Source of the DNA: an uncultured Candidatus Poseidoniales archaeon
GTDB taxonomy: Archaea > Thermoplasmatota > Poseidoniia > Poseidoniales > Thalassarchaeaceae
Reading direction: 5' to 3'
Length of the DNA: 64,000 bases
NCBI GenBank assembly: GCA_964585295.1
Contig: CAZPCY010000008.1
Location: 6,295 to 70,294 of the forward strand
Positions 9,866 through 19,534 of this stretch are shown in pieces (positions within the stretch are counted from its first letter, which is position 1; each line of letters begins with the position of its first letter). Under the pieces are notes generated by a model, which saw nothing but the letters and a program-made list of their open reading frames with translations, searched no databases and was not told where the DNA came from. The translations under genes were made by a program, and so were the position numbers.

Positions 9866-11182
9866 ATGGGTGGTGAGGCGCATCGCGCGATAGCGGTGAA
9901 CGGAGCCGCTCAAGCAGCGGCTACCCGCCGCGAACCGGCGAAAATCCATCGTCGAGGTGAACCGAAGCTCCACATGACCGAATCCATGCGTCGTCTGTCG
10001 ACTCCGATTTCGATCTGTCGAATGCGAGCCGAGCATGTCGCCGAGGTGGCATCCGACCTACCGCCTGGCTTGCTGCTCGACCCTGCGTGCGGTTCGGGCG
10101 TGGCCCTGGCGACGATAATCGATGCCACTGGACGGGTCGGCATGGGGGTCGAACTCGACCAAGAGATCGCCGGATTAGCGGCTGCGAACGCCAATCGGTT
10201 GTTGGAGAAAGGGAGGGACCCGAACCGTCTCGCTCAGCACGTGATTGCTGGAGACGGTCTGGACGCCGACGGGGTAATGTCTTCGCTGCACACCTCGCTA
10301 ATCGATTCCGGAATCGAATCGAAGCCTCCGATTGCGATGCTGATGGTCGATCCGGCGCGGCCAGCCGATGCTCAGAACCACACCCTAGAAGAGATGCAGC
10401 CCCCTCTTGAGGCGCTCCTAACCGCTTGGCATCCATACATGTCGATGGCTGAATCCGGACCAGCGCTACTGCTTGACCTATCCCCCCGACTCTCTGATGC
10501 CCAATGCCGCGAGGTCGAGTCAATCGTCGAACGGATATTCCCGGGCGTCGCCAGAACCTGGGAGCGAATCAGCAAAGGCGATGGGCGAATCGACCGTCTC
10601 TCCCTCTGGACTGGCCCCCTCTCTCGAGATGTTGTGCAGCGAGTGGTTCGTCTCGGAGCACGTGGCGCCCACTACGAGGTGAGCGGCGACGAGCAGGCAC
10701 CATTTCGTCAGACGAGATTGCCGATGCCCATCTCCTTCGACCGCTGGGTCACGATTGTTGACTCTGCACTGGTCGGTGCCGGACTGCACGAGGCATGGGC
10801 CACCGAAGCGTTGGGAGATGCCGCAGATGAAGTTGACTGGATGCGCACCGGACCACGCCGCCCGTTGATGGTGACCGACGACCGGCCTAGGATCTCAGAT
10901 GAGGCCGGACCGTTTGCGGTCGTGAGCGGCCGGGTAATTCACCACCGACTCTCCCCCCCTTCGATGGACACGAGCGCTTCCATAGCCGAAGCGGCAAAGT
11001 CCCACGGCCTCTCAAAGGTCCAATTGCGCTGTGGTCTCGATCCGGAAGTGCAGCCCAAGGTGCAGCGCAGCCTCAATCGTCGGCTAAAGGGTCGAGACGG
11101 CCCACGAGGATTCATCGTCGATGTTCCGGTCAGCCGAGGCACGAGCTTGCATTCCGTCTATGTGCTCTGCTCCGAGGAGTGA
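9866..11182 (+). CDS. Class I SAM-dependent methyltransferase with C-terminal THUMP-like region (putative RNA methyltransferase)
   Basis: Motif I LLDPACGSG, GVELD, GDGLD and motif IV-like MVDPAR. Start inferred at ATG 9866. Confidence 0.7.
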   Translation: MGGEAHRAIAVNGAAQAAATRREPAKIHRRGEPKLHMTESMRRLSTPISICRMRAEHVAEVASDLPPGLLLDPACGSGVALATIIDATGRVGMGVELDQEIAGLAAANANRLLEKGRDPNRLAQHVIAGDGLDADGVMSSLHTSLIDSGIESKPPIAMLMVDPARPADAQNHTLEEMQPPLEALLTAWHPYMSMAESGPALLLDLSPRLSDAQCREVESIVERIFPGVARTWERISKGDGRIDRLSLWTGPLSRDVVQRVVRLGARGAHYEVSGDEQAPFRQTRLPMPISFDRWVTIVDSALVGAGLHEAWATEALGDAADEVDWMRTGPRRPLMVTDDRPRISDEAGPFAVVSGRVIHHRLSPPSMDTSASIAEAAKSHGLSKVQLRCGLDPEVQPKVQRSLNRRLKGRDGPRGFIVDVPVSRGTSLHSVYVLCSEE

Positions 11183-11366
11183 TGTCCCGGTCAGCCTCGA
11201 CCCGCGTTAATTCATGCAGCGCTGCACAGTGGCCGAAGACGGGCGCCTCCACACCAAGGCGAAACAGAGGTCCCCGTAGGGAATGCGCGTCATTCAAATA
11301 TGGGCGCTCGGTCGGCGGGCTGCTCGAAAGGGCCACCGGGGGACCGGTGAACTCGGGGGAACCGAC

Positions 11367-11831
11367 ATGGCTGAAGACACTGCTGAACTGGGAGATGACT
11401 TCTCCTATATCATCCGAGTCGCCGACAGCGATGTCGATGGATTGCGACCCATCGCGCTCGGACTGACATCGATAAATGGCGTCGGTCGAAGGACTGCTCG
11501 CCAAATCTGCCGAATCGCGGGTATCGACCCGAAGAAACTCGGAGGTCACCTGAGCGATGACGAGCAATCGATCCTCCGCGCCACCATCGATGAGTATGCC
11601 ACTCGTGTGCCCTGGTGGATGGTGAACCGACAGCGCGACCTGCACACCAACGAGGATGCACACCTCTTCTCGCAAGAGGTGAAGATGACAGAGAAGGATG
11701 ACATCTCCAGACTGGCCGCAATCAAGACCTACCGAGGAATGCGTCATCGCAGCGGCCACAAGGTTCGCGGCCAGCGCCTCCGAAGCAATGGCCGCTCCGG
11801 CTTGACGCTCGGCGTCCAGAGGAAGAAGTGA
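11367..11831 (+). CDS. rps13: 30S ribosomal protein uS13
   Basis: GLTSINGVGRRTA, NRQRD, YRGMRH..GHKVRGQR..SNGR; ATG at 11367. Confidence 0.97.
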   Translation: MAEDTAELGDDFSYIIRVADSDVDGLRPIALGLTSINGVGRRTARQICRIAGIDPKKLGGHLSDDEQSILRATIDEYATRVPWWMVNRQRDLHTNEDAHLFSQEVKMTEKDDISRLAAIKTYRGMRHRSGHKVRGQRLRSNGRSGLTLGVQRKK

Positions 11832-11845
11832 CGGGCGGTGGGTGA

Positions 11846-12574
11846 ATGGGCGAACCGAAGTTCTCGAGACCGAAGACCCAGACGCCGACCCATCCTTGGA
11901 AGGCTGCTCGAATTGAGGAAGAGCACGCGCTGAAGCAGCGCTACGGTCTGAAGAAGGTCGGTGGGATGAAGGAGATATGGCGGGAAAAGAGCGCCCTGCG
12001 CCGCCTTCGTCAACAGGCGATGAAACTGATTGGCCGGGTCGATACCACTTCTGGACACTTTGCCCGGGAACGAACCGACCTGCTCGCCTCGCTGAACCGG
12101 AAGGGATTGCTCGGCGACCACGCGAATCTCGATGATGTCCTGCAAATCACCGTCGAGCACATGCTCGATCGTCGCCTGCAGTCCCAAGTGTACTACCGTG
12201 GCTTGGCACCGTCGATGCGAGGTTCTCGTAACATGATTGTGCATGGTCACGTCGTGGTCGGAGAGCAGCGGATGAACGTGCCCGGCTATCATGTGCTTAG
12301 GGCGGAGGAGGAGATGATCGCCTACCATCCATCCTCACCCTACAACGATCCGAATCACGAGATGCGCCAGGAGATGGAGCGACGACGCGAGACCATTGAT
12401 GGCGAAGGTGGTCCTGAGGAGGGCATTGGGATGGTCCGCGAGCAGAGCACGCAGAAGGCGTTTGTTGAGCAGATCAAGAGCGATGAGGCGAAGCTGCCAA
12501 CGACCGAGGACACGGTTCCGGAGGCCGAGGCCGAGGAGCCAGCCCCCGTCGAGGCGGAAGGAGGTGAGGCTTGA
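11846..12574 (+). CDS. rps4: 30S ribosomal protein uS4 with acidic C-terminal extension
   Basis: MGEPK..PTHPW, YGLK, LDRRLQS, IVHGHV and its position in the S13-S4-S11-rpoD cluster. Confidence 0.96.
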   Translation: MGEPKFSRPKTQTPTHPWKAARIEEEHALKQRYGLKKVGGMKEIWREKSALRRLRQQAMKLIGRVDTTSGHFARERTDLLASLNRKGLLGDHANLDDVLQITVEHMLDRRLQSQVYYRGLAPSMRGSRNMIVHGHVVVGEQRMNVPGYHVLRAEEEMIAYHPSSPYNDPNHEMRQEMERRRETIDGEGGPEEGIGMVREQSTQKAFVEQIKSDEAKLPTTEDTVPEAEAEEPAPVEAEGGEA

Positions 12575-12954
12575 TGGGGCACAAGGCAGTGGTCAACATC
12601 TACTCGACCTACAACAATATCCTGATTACGGCGACCGATTTGACCGGTGCCGAGACAATCTGCAAGGTGAGTGGCGGCATGGTCGTCAAGAAGGCGTCAG
12701 ACGCCGGTGGCCATTTCGCAGCAACTAGGGCCGCCGAAAGAATCGCCGAAATGCTCGGTGAGAAGGACTTCGATTCTGTCATCGTAAAGTACCGTGGTGC
12801 TGGAGGCAACAAGAGCCCGAACGCGCCCGGAGCCACGGCCGCGATTCGTGCTCTGACTCGTGCTGGGGTGACCATTACTCGTATCGAGGACGTCACCCCT
12901 ATGCCGACAGACGGGACGAAGAAGAAGGGTGGACGCCGAGGGCGTCGGGTCTGA
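12574..12954 (+). CDS. rps11: 30S ribosomal protein uS11
   Basis: [38 protein letters not shown]; TGATG overlap with rps4. Confidence 0.96.
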   Translation: MGHKAVVNIYSTYNNILITATDLTGAETICKVSGGMVVKKASDAGGHFAATRAAERIAEMLGEKDFDSVIVKYRGAGGNKSPNAPGATAAIRALTRAGVTITRIEDVTPMPTDGTKKKGGRRGRRV

Positions 12955-12970
12955 TTAGGAGTGGATTGCA

Positions 12971-13855
12971 ATGGTCGATATCGAAGTCATCACCGAGACA
13001 GAAAGCGAGATCTACCTGCTGATGAAGGGCACGGACCGAGCGTTTCTGAACGCCATCCGTCGCGCCCTGATTGTCGACACACCGAAGATGGCCATCCATT
13101 CGGTTCGGTTTGAACAAGGCACGATTGAGGAAGATGGAATGATCTGGGAGACTATTGGACCGATTTCCGATGAGATGATTGCGCAGCGGCTCGCGATGAT
13201 TCCGATTCCTACCAAGCACGACGAGTTCCATTTCATGGATCGATGCCCCAAGTGCGCCGATCTAGTTGCAGACGACAGAGGCTGCCCGGAGTGTACGATC
13301 ATCTACCAATGCTCGGCTCGCGGAGAAGAGGATGGACGAGCAGTCTGCGCTCGTGATCTGAATGTCCTCGGCGACACCTCGCTACAGGTTCCTGAGGAGT
13401 ACGGCGACATCGTGATTACGAAGCTGTTCAAGGGGCAGCGGTTGGAATTCTACGCCAAGGCCGTTCTCGGAATCGGACGAACCCACATCAAGTGGTCCCC
13501 GGTCGCTGGGGTCACCTTCGTCCCACGCCAAATAGGCGTTCTCAAGGACAAGAAGAAGGCAAAGGTCCTGTGGAATCTCGGCTTGACCATCACCGAGAAG
13601 GAATTCACCAAGGGGAAGATCGAGGACTTGGCCCAAACGGCAATCTTGGCTAAGGAGCTGGTGCATGTCGGCCCTTCGACCGATATCGGCCGCGAGTTCG
13701 ATGATGCCATCGTTCTCGAAGAGGTTCCAGGCGAGTATATCCTCTCCTTCGAGACCGATGGTTCGATGACTGCCAGAACGGCATTTAACAAGGCCGTGGA
13801 GTCGTTGTCCGAGCGATTCGCTGACATTCAGGACCACATCGCTTCAGCGCTCTGA
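12971..13855 (+). CDS. rpoD: DNA-directed RNA polymerase subunit D (Rpo3)
   Basis: NAIRRALI..P.MAI, DEMIAQRLAMIPI, G.GRTHIKWSP, FETDGS; operon context. Confidence 0.94.
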   Translation: MVDIEVITETESEIYLLMKGTDRAFLNAIRRALIVDTPKMAIHSVRFEQGTIEEDGMIWETIGPISDEMIAQRLAMIPIPTKHDEFHFMDRCPKCADLVADDRGCPECTIIYQCSARGEEDGRAVCARDLNVLGDTSLQVPEEYGDIVITKLFKGQRLEFYAKAVLGIGRTHIKWSPVAGVTFVPRQIGVLKDKKKAKVLWNLGLTITEKEFTKGKIEDLAQTAILAKELVHVGPSTDIGREFDDAIVLEEVPGEYILSFETDGSMTARTAFNKAVESLSERFADIQDHIASAL

Positions 13856-13924
13856 AATCGGTACCATCCTTGATTGGGGGGGACGGAGACCCCCTGCGCA
13901 GAGCCCTAGGAGGCCGAGCATACG

Positions 13925-14935
13925 ATGCAAGAGGCGACCTTCCACCAAGGCGGCCACATCACCTGGCTCTTCACGGTCGAATCCGATGCGGACGATGAAT
14001 CCTCACAGGGTAGTCGAGGGGCTGGAATCTGCATCGAGGATGGCGTCACCGTCCGCTGTCAGGCGCTACCCAGAACCGGTGAGCGCTCGGTGCGAGCCAA
14101 GGGTCGGGGCCCCCTCTTTTCGAACTTCGATATGGTCCCGCTTCACACCGCCGTCGTCGATGAATGCTCCCGCCTCTCTCCGAGGGTTCGAGACCTCGAC
14201 TGGAACTTCGACATCGATGCGTCGATTCCACTGTCGCAGGGATTCGGGCTCTCGGCGGCGGGTGCAATCGCCGCGGCTCGATGCGTCCTGACGATTGCTC
14301 CACCACCGGACTTTATCACGGATCATGACATCCTCCGTGCTGCTCTCGCAGTCGCTCACTCGGTCGAGAGACGAACCAGCGGCGGTCTTGGAGATGTGAT
14401 GGCTCTCGCCGTCGGTGGCGTCGAACGCCGTCTCGCTCCAGGCTCTCCCTTCCACCAATCCAGTGGAGGCTCATTCAATGCGGGGCCCGGTCGGGCAGAG
14501 GCGTTTGCATCACCATCGATTGTGCTTCTCGCTTGGCGTGCCGCCTCCGATCATCACACCTCTGAATACATCGATGACTTCGATTGGCAGGAGCGGATCA
14601 GAACCGCTGGATCGCGCTGCATGGAGACATTGGGAGATGGCAAATGGGGTGCAAATCGATGGCAAGAGTTACTCGCGATGGGCGAGAGATTCGCGCTTGA
14701 GAGCGGTCTTCTTGCGGATGCGGGAAGGAAGGATATCCTCGCTGCGGCTCATGCATCGATGGAACGTGCACGAGCGCCCGTTGCCGCCCGCCTCTGCATG
14801 CTCGGAGAGAGCGTCTCCATCGTCGCCACCGACCCGGACCTAGATGATGGATGGGTCACGGTCGTTGAATCCTCTCTGCAATCGGCTGGTTTCTCGACCC
14901 GGACAACCCGCATCGCGGCACTGCGAGGGCCTTGA
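13925..14935 (+). CDS. GHMP kinase, archaeal pantoate kinase-like
   Basis: N-terminal GHITWLF..GSRGAGICI, ATP loop PLSQGFGLSAA, GGLGDV, MLGESV. Confidence 0.75.
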   Translation: MQEATFHQGGHITWLFTVESDADDESSQGSRGAGICIEDGVTVRCQALPRTGERSVRAKGRGPLFSNFDMVPLHTAVVDECSRLSPRVRDLDWNFDIDASIPLSQGFGLSAAGAIAAARCVLTIAPPPDFITDHDILRAALAVAHSVERRTSGGLGDVMALAVGGVERRLAPGSPFHQSSGGSFNAGPGRAEAFASPSIVLLAWRAASDHHTSEYIDDFDWQERIRTAGSRCMETLGDGKWGANRWQELLAMGERFALESGLLADAGRKDILAAAHASMERARAPVAARLCMLGESVSIVATDPDLDDGWVTVVESSLQSAGFSTRTTRIAALRGP

Positions 14936-15018
14936 CTGACCATCTGTTCCGTTGATCACAGCATGCCCCTTCGATTGAAGAGCCACTATCCTCGAAGACT
15001 AGACGGTCAACCAATCTA

Positions 15019-16407
15019 TCAATCACTGCGCGATTCGTGGTGCGCCTTCAATCGAGATAGGTCGAGTGGGGAGGAATCCAGTAGGATTGCTCCCTTCAAC
15101 CGTAGCCCGTCGCAGAATCCGTGCCGATAGACGATAGCTCCATGGCCGTAGTCCTCTGTGTAGCGGTCGATCTGCTTTTGGGTCTTTTTCCGCGGGAAGG
15201 ATAGCGCTGCGCCAAAGAAGTGCTTGGCATCGAGCCACGCAACGGGAACACCATCGATGCGGACATCGTCCAACAGCAGCAGATCGGGGGTCCTGACCGG
15301 TCTGCCTTCGCTCTGGGTCTGTTCACGGACCAGATCCGCCTGCTTCCGGAACCTAACCCCGAGTCGCTCAAAGTGGTCGCAGAGGACCTCTTCGAATACA
15401 TCTGCTGCCTGATGGGTCTCGGATTGGTCGACATTGGATACTCGGTCAGCGTCTTCGGCGATGCGGAATTGTTCTCGATCCTGTTCGCCTAGTCTTTTCG
15501 GATCCTTCAACGACTCCTTGATTCGGTTCTTCGACCATCCTCTGGCGGTGAGGATCGCTCGGAAGACGTTCACAGGTGGCGCATCAGCGTCTTTGGCCAA
15601 TGCGAGTATTCCCACACCGTCGTCGTAGCGCTGTCGCAATTGATGCGACCTCCGCATCAAGCGGTGGTGGCCGAATACGGACTTCTCCTGATTCAGTGCG
15701 CCTCGCAGTGAGAGCGCTTGGTCTAGGTTGATTGCATGTCCCTTGATTCGCTCCGCTATTTCGTGAACTCTCGAATCGGGGAGATAGCCGAATTCTCCCC
15801 GTCGTGTGATCAGCCCACCCACCTCCTTCTGCACAGTCAGGGGAACAGGTGAGGTCGGCCACTCGATGTCCATTCTCTTGGGTAGCGGTTCGATGACCTC
15901 CGGTATCCCCATGGGGCGCGGCCTCCTATCGAATCGAGAGATTGCCCAAGCCTCGGTGTCACGAGATGCCTTGCTGGTGTTACTATCTTTCTTCCCAGAG
16001 CCTTCGCCGCTCTTGCGTCCAGTATTGCCGCTCTTATTGGATTCCTTGATTGGTTTCAAGTCGCGCTTCCCGGCACTCTGGTCGCCCCCCTTACCATCGG
16101 TTCCACGATTGCCGGCTGCCGAGGAGCTGTTACCTCCGCCCTGATCGCCTCCGCTCTTCTTTCCGCCTCGTCGCCGCCCGCCGCGACTGCCTCGCCTGCG
16201 TCGCCGTCCACCGCCATCGCTCTTTCGTCCGGGGTTCGAGCCCTCGCTTTCGCGGGAGGTTTCCTTGGACGGTGCCCCTTTCTCGGATGCCGCGTCCGTC
16301 GTTCCAATCGATTCTTCGTCGGACGCCTGCGGCGCATCGCGCGCCTCGTCGTCGCGACGCCGGCCACCGCCTCCGCGGCCGCCTCGTCTACGCCTCTTCC
16401 GAGTCAA
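15019..16407 (-). CDS. TPD-domain (C15orf41/CDIN1-like) PD-(D/E)xK nuclease with Arg/Gly-rich disordered N-terminus
   Basis: FEEVL...RTPDLLL...WLDAKHFFG...KKQIDRYTEDYGHGAIVY..GF; start (TTG) uncertain. Confidence 0.75.
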   Translation of the reverse strand: MTRKRRRRGGRGGGGRRRDDEARDAPQASDEESIGTTDAASEKGAPSKETSRESEGSNPGRKSDGGGRRRRRGSRGGRRRGGKKSGGDQGGGNSSSAAGNRGTDGKGGDQSAGKRDLKPIKESNKSGNTGRKSGEGSGKKDSNTSKASRDTEAWAISRFDRRPRPMGIPEVIEPLPKRMDIEWPTSPVPLTVQKEVGGLITRRGEFGYLPDSRVHEIAERIKGHAINLDQALSLRGALNQEKSVFGHHRLMRRSHQLRQRYDDGVGILALAKDADAPPVNVFRAILTARGWSKNRIKESLKDPKRLGEQDREQFRIAEDADRVSNVDQSETHQAADVFEEVLCDHFERLGVRFRKQADLVREQTQSEGRPVRTPDLLLLDDVRIDGVPVAWLDAKHFFGAALSFPRKKTQKQIDRYTEDYGHGAIVYRHGFCDGLRLKGAILLDSSPLDLSRLKAHHESRSD

Positions 16408-16506
16408 GTGGTGATGGCGACCGGTCGAGGGGCTATCAACCCGACGCGTCCATAATCGGCGCTTCCGAATCTCGATGCATCTAATGTAGCGGTCGGTACC
16501 CGATCA

Positions 16507-19386
16507 TCATCGATAGGCGAGACCAGGAAGAAGAGGCCGCGCGGATGAGGACTTGCCTGCTACATCCTCAACCTCGCCGGAGACCGCAATCGAGACGGCT
16601 GGTACACCTAGCGCTTCCGCGATGAAAGAGGAATTCGAACGTAACCATTCCACCTCGTCGAATGCACCTTGGATTAGGAGCCGCTCACCTTCACTGAGCG
16701 TGTGGATCCGTCCACGCCGCTTCTTTGAGCCGGTCACCAGCCCGCGCCAGACGTTCACCGCATCGCCCTTCGTCGCCTCGTCATGGAAGCAAGCCTGTGC
16801 TTGCAGGACCTTCTGTCCTCCTTGACGGAAGTCGAACTCTTCGGCGTGCAGGCGAAGAGCGGTCCTCACAAGCCCCCTCTTCCACTCTGGAGCAGTGAAT
16901 ATCACCAACTCCGAGAGTACGCCATCAGCGTGCCGCTCCGCTAACTGCTTGACGTTTCGAGCGCGATCGATGGCATTTCTCAGGAAAGCCTCTCTAGCCA
17001 GCACCGCCGCATCATTTTCATTCGGTTCCATCACATCGATGGTCGCGCTGGCGAGCATTCCCTCACCGCCGCAATCGGCCCAGATCTCTTCGGCAAGATG
17101 CGGAGTCGCGGGCGCCAGCATTGGCGCCCACCCAAGCCTAACCTCACGCCCGACATCGGCGCTGACACCACCTCTTCGCATCGCCCAGTTCCAATCGTCC
17201 AGCATCTGATTGTGACTGATCATGACCCCTTCTCGAAGGCTGACATCAGTCATCGCGGCTCGCCAAGCGCTCCTGTTCGCCCGCAGTCGAGCCATCAGCC
17301 ATGAATCCATCAAACAGTGCTCCGAATCCCCTCTAGAACTAGATCGCCCGTCCTCATCACAGAACGCAGCATGAAGGGACCGCATCTGCCGATTCTTTGC
17401 CTCGATTTCGGTATCGGACCAGTCCATCCCCGCTTCTGGGTTAGCGGCGAAGAGGATGAACAGCCGAACGGTGTCTGCCCCATACCGATCAATCATCTCG
17501 ACCGGGCTAACCGTGTTCCCTAGGCTCTTGCTCATCTTCGCTGATCGATTGGATAGGGCGCCACCACAGCCTGGACAAGGGTCCGAAGCGCCATCCACAT
17601 GCACCTCCAAGGAACAGCTAGGACAGAATGGGGCGGGAGCGTTGACCATCCCTTGACAGACCAATCGACTGAAAGGTTCGGAGACCGATGTCAAGCCGGC
17701 GTCGCGCAGCGCCTTGGTAAAGAATCGCGCGTAGAGAAGGTGCATGATCGCGTGTTCTATACCGCCGATGTAGAGGTCCACTCCTCCGTCCATCCAATGG
17801 TCGGCTACACCTCGATCGAATGGCTCTTCGTTGTTCATCGCGTCGCAGAACCTGAGGAAGTACCATGATGAGTCGTAGAACGTGTCCATCGTGTCAGTCT
17901 CCCGCCTCGCATCAGATCCGCAGGACGGGCATTCGACATCGGTGAACGAGGCGTGTGATGAGAGTGGATTTCCACTCTCATCTTCGCTTAGCGAGACATC
18001 GAGCGGCAAGGTGACCGGCAGGTCCTCCGTCGGCACGGGTACGACCCCGCATAATCCACAGTGGATGAACGGAATCGGGGTACCCCAGAACCGCTGCCGG
18101 CTCAGCAACCAGTCCTTCAGCCGATACTCGATGGTTCCACCACCGGTCCCCTCCCCCTCCAAGGCGGCGATTACCGCCTGCTTCGCATCGTCACCATACA
18201 GGCCGTCGAAACCGGGTCGCCCGGAGTTCACCATCCAGCCGAGGCCATCGAAGACGGGATCCTCATCGATGGCCACACCCCGTTCCGTCCTCGTCAGGAC
18301 CGGCCTGATTGGGATGTCATACCTCTTCGCGAAGTCGTGGTCTCGTTGGTCGTGACCTGGAACCGCCATCACGGCACCGGTTCCGTAACTGGCGACGACG
18401 AAGTTGCCAGCGAAGATTGGTACCTCCTCGCCGGTCAACGGATTGACTGCGTTGCGACCGAGCGGCACTCCTTTCTTCTCCCGTAGCATGTTGACACGAT
18501 CGAACTCGGACATCCGGGCGCACTCCTCGGCCAGAGCGCGGTAGGCATCCTCATGCTCATTCCCCGCCACCAGACGCTCGCACAATGGGTGTTCCGGGGC
18601 CAGTGTAACGAAGGTGACCCCGAATATAGTGTCAGGACGGGTGGTGAAGGTCTCAATCACTTCTTCTTCCCCTACGACAGGGAACCTGATTGTGGCGCCG
18701 TGACTCCTCCCAATCCAGTTACGCTGCATCATCTTCACGTTCTCCGGGAAGCCGATCCAATCTAGATCGTCTAGCAGTTCATCGGCGTATTCCGTCATTC
18801 GCAGGAACCACTGCGCCATGTCTTTCTGCCGGACCTCACCCGCGCACCGCCAGCAGCGATTGTTGCGCACCTGTTCGTTGGCAAGCACCGTGTCACAGGA
18901 GTCGCACCAGTTGACCGGAGCCTCCCTGCGTTCGACAAGCCCCATCTCATGGAATCGGAGGAGGATCCATTGATTCCAATGGTAGTAGGAAGCATCGCTG
19001 GTCGCCAGTTCCCTCCTCCAATCGTAGGAGAATCCCATGCTGAGCAGGTCGTTCCGAATGCTCTCGATGTTCGCCCAAGTAACGTCATGCGGGTGACCTC
19101 CATCCTTCCTAGCGGCATTCTCAGCCGGCATGCCGAACGAGTCGTAGCCCATCGGATAGAGCACCGTGTGCCCGGTCAGTCGGTGGAAGCGCGCCATCGC
19201 ATCGCCAATGCTGTAGTTGCGGACATGGCCCATGTGCATGTGACCTGAGGGGTAGGGGAACATCTCCAAGCAGTAGAACTTCGGCTTCGCTTCGTCGATC
19301 TCCGCATCGAATGCTGCCGCGTCGCGCCAAGCAGCCTGCCAACGTGGCTCGATGGTCGCAGGGTCGTATCCGCTCACCCTCCTCAC
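16507..19386 (-). CDS. leuS: Leucine--tRNA ligase
   Basis: MFPYPSG.MHMGH, TVLANEQV, FTTRPDT, GTGAVMAVPGHD, SRQRFWGTPIP, YIGGIEHA, KMSKS. Confidence 0.97.
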   Translation of the reverse strand: MRRVSGYDPATIEPRWQAAWRDAAAFDAEIDEAKPKFYCLEMFPYPSGHMHMGHVRNYSIGDAMARFHRLTGHTVLYPMGYDSFGMPAENAARKDGGHPHDVTWANIESIRNDLLSMGFSYDWRRELATSDASYYHWNQWILLRFHEMGLVERREAPVNWCDSCDTVLANEQVRNNRCWRCAGEVRQKDMAQWFLRMTEYADELLDDLDWIGFPENVKMMQRNWIGRSHGATIRFPVVGEEEVIETFTTRPDTIFGVTFVTLAPEHPLCERLVAGNEHEDAYRALAEECARMSEFDRVNMLREKKGVPLGRNAVNPLTGEEVPIFAGNFVVASYGTGAVMAVPGHDQRDHDFAKRYDIPIRPVLTRTERGVAIDEDPVFDGLGWMVNSGRPGFDGLYGDDAKQAVIAALEGEGTGGGTIEYRLKDWLLSRQRFWGTPIPFIHCGLCGVVPVPTEDLPVTLPLDVSLSEDESGNPLSSHASFTDVECPSCGSDARRETDTMDTFYDSSWYFLRFCDAMNNEEPFDRGVADHWMDGGVDLYIGGIEHAIMHLLYARFFTKALRDAGLTSVSEPFSRLVCQGMVNAPAPFCPSCSLEVHVDGASDPCPGCGGALSNRSAKMSKSLGNTVSPVEMIDRYGADTVRLFILFAANPEAGMDWSDTEIEAKNRQMRSLHAAFCDEDGRSSSRGDSEHCLMDSWLMARLRANRSAWRAAMTDVSLREGVMISHNQMLDDWNWAMRRGGVSADVGREVRLGWAPMLAPATPHLAEEIWADCGGEGMLASATIDVMEPNENDAAVLAREAFLRNAIDRARNVKQLAERHADGVLSELVIFTAPEWKRGLVRTALRLHAEEFDFRQGGQKVLQAQACFHDEATKGDAVNVWRGLVTGSKKRRGRIHTLSEGERLLIQGAFDEVEWLRSNSSFIAEALGVPAVSIAVSGEVEDVAGKSSSARPLLPGLAYR

Positions 19387-19534
19387 CGCCGCGCTCCGAG
19401 GCTCTGCACACCCGTCGACGCGCGCGACCGTGCAGCCTCACTTCAATGGAACCTCCGCTGTAAGGAGGCTGCGATGCACTGTCCGGATGTCCCTAATCCT
19501 GAACGGAATCACGTCGTGGAAGCAGCGAATCGCT

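Noticed and set aside
11183-11366. Possible tRNA upstream of rps13
   Set aside because: No T-loop GTTCRA or cloverleaf; only the leader hairpins reported above.
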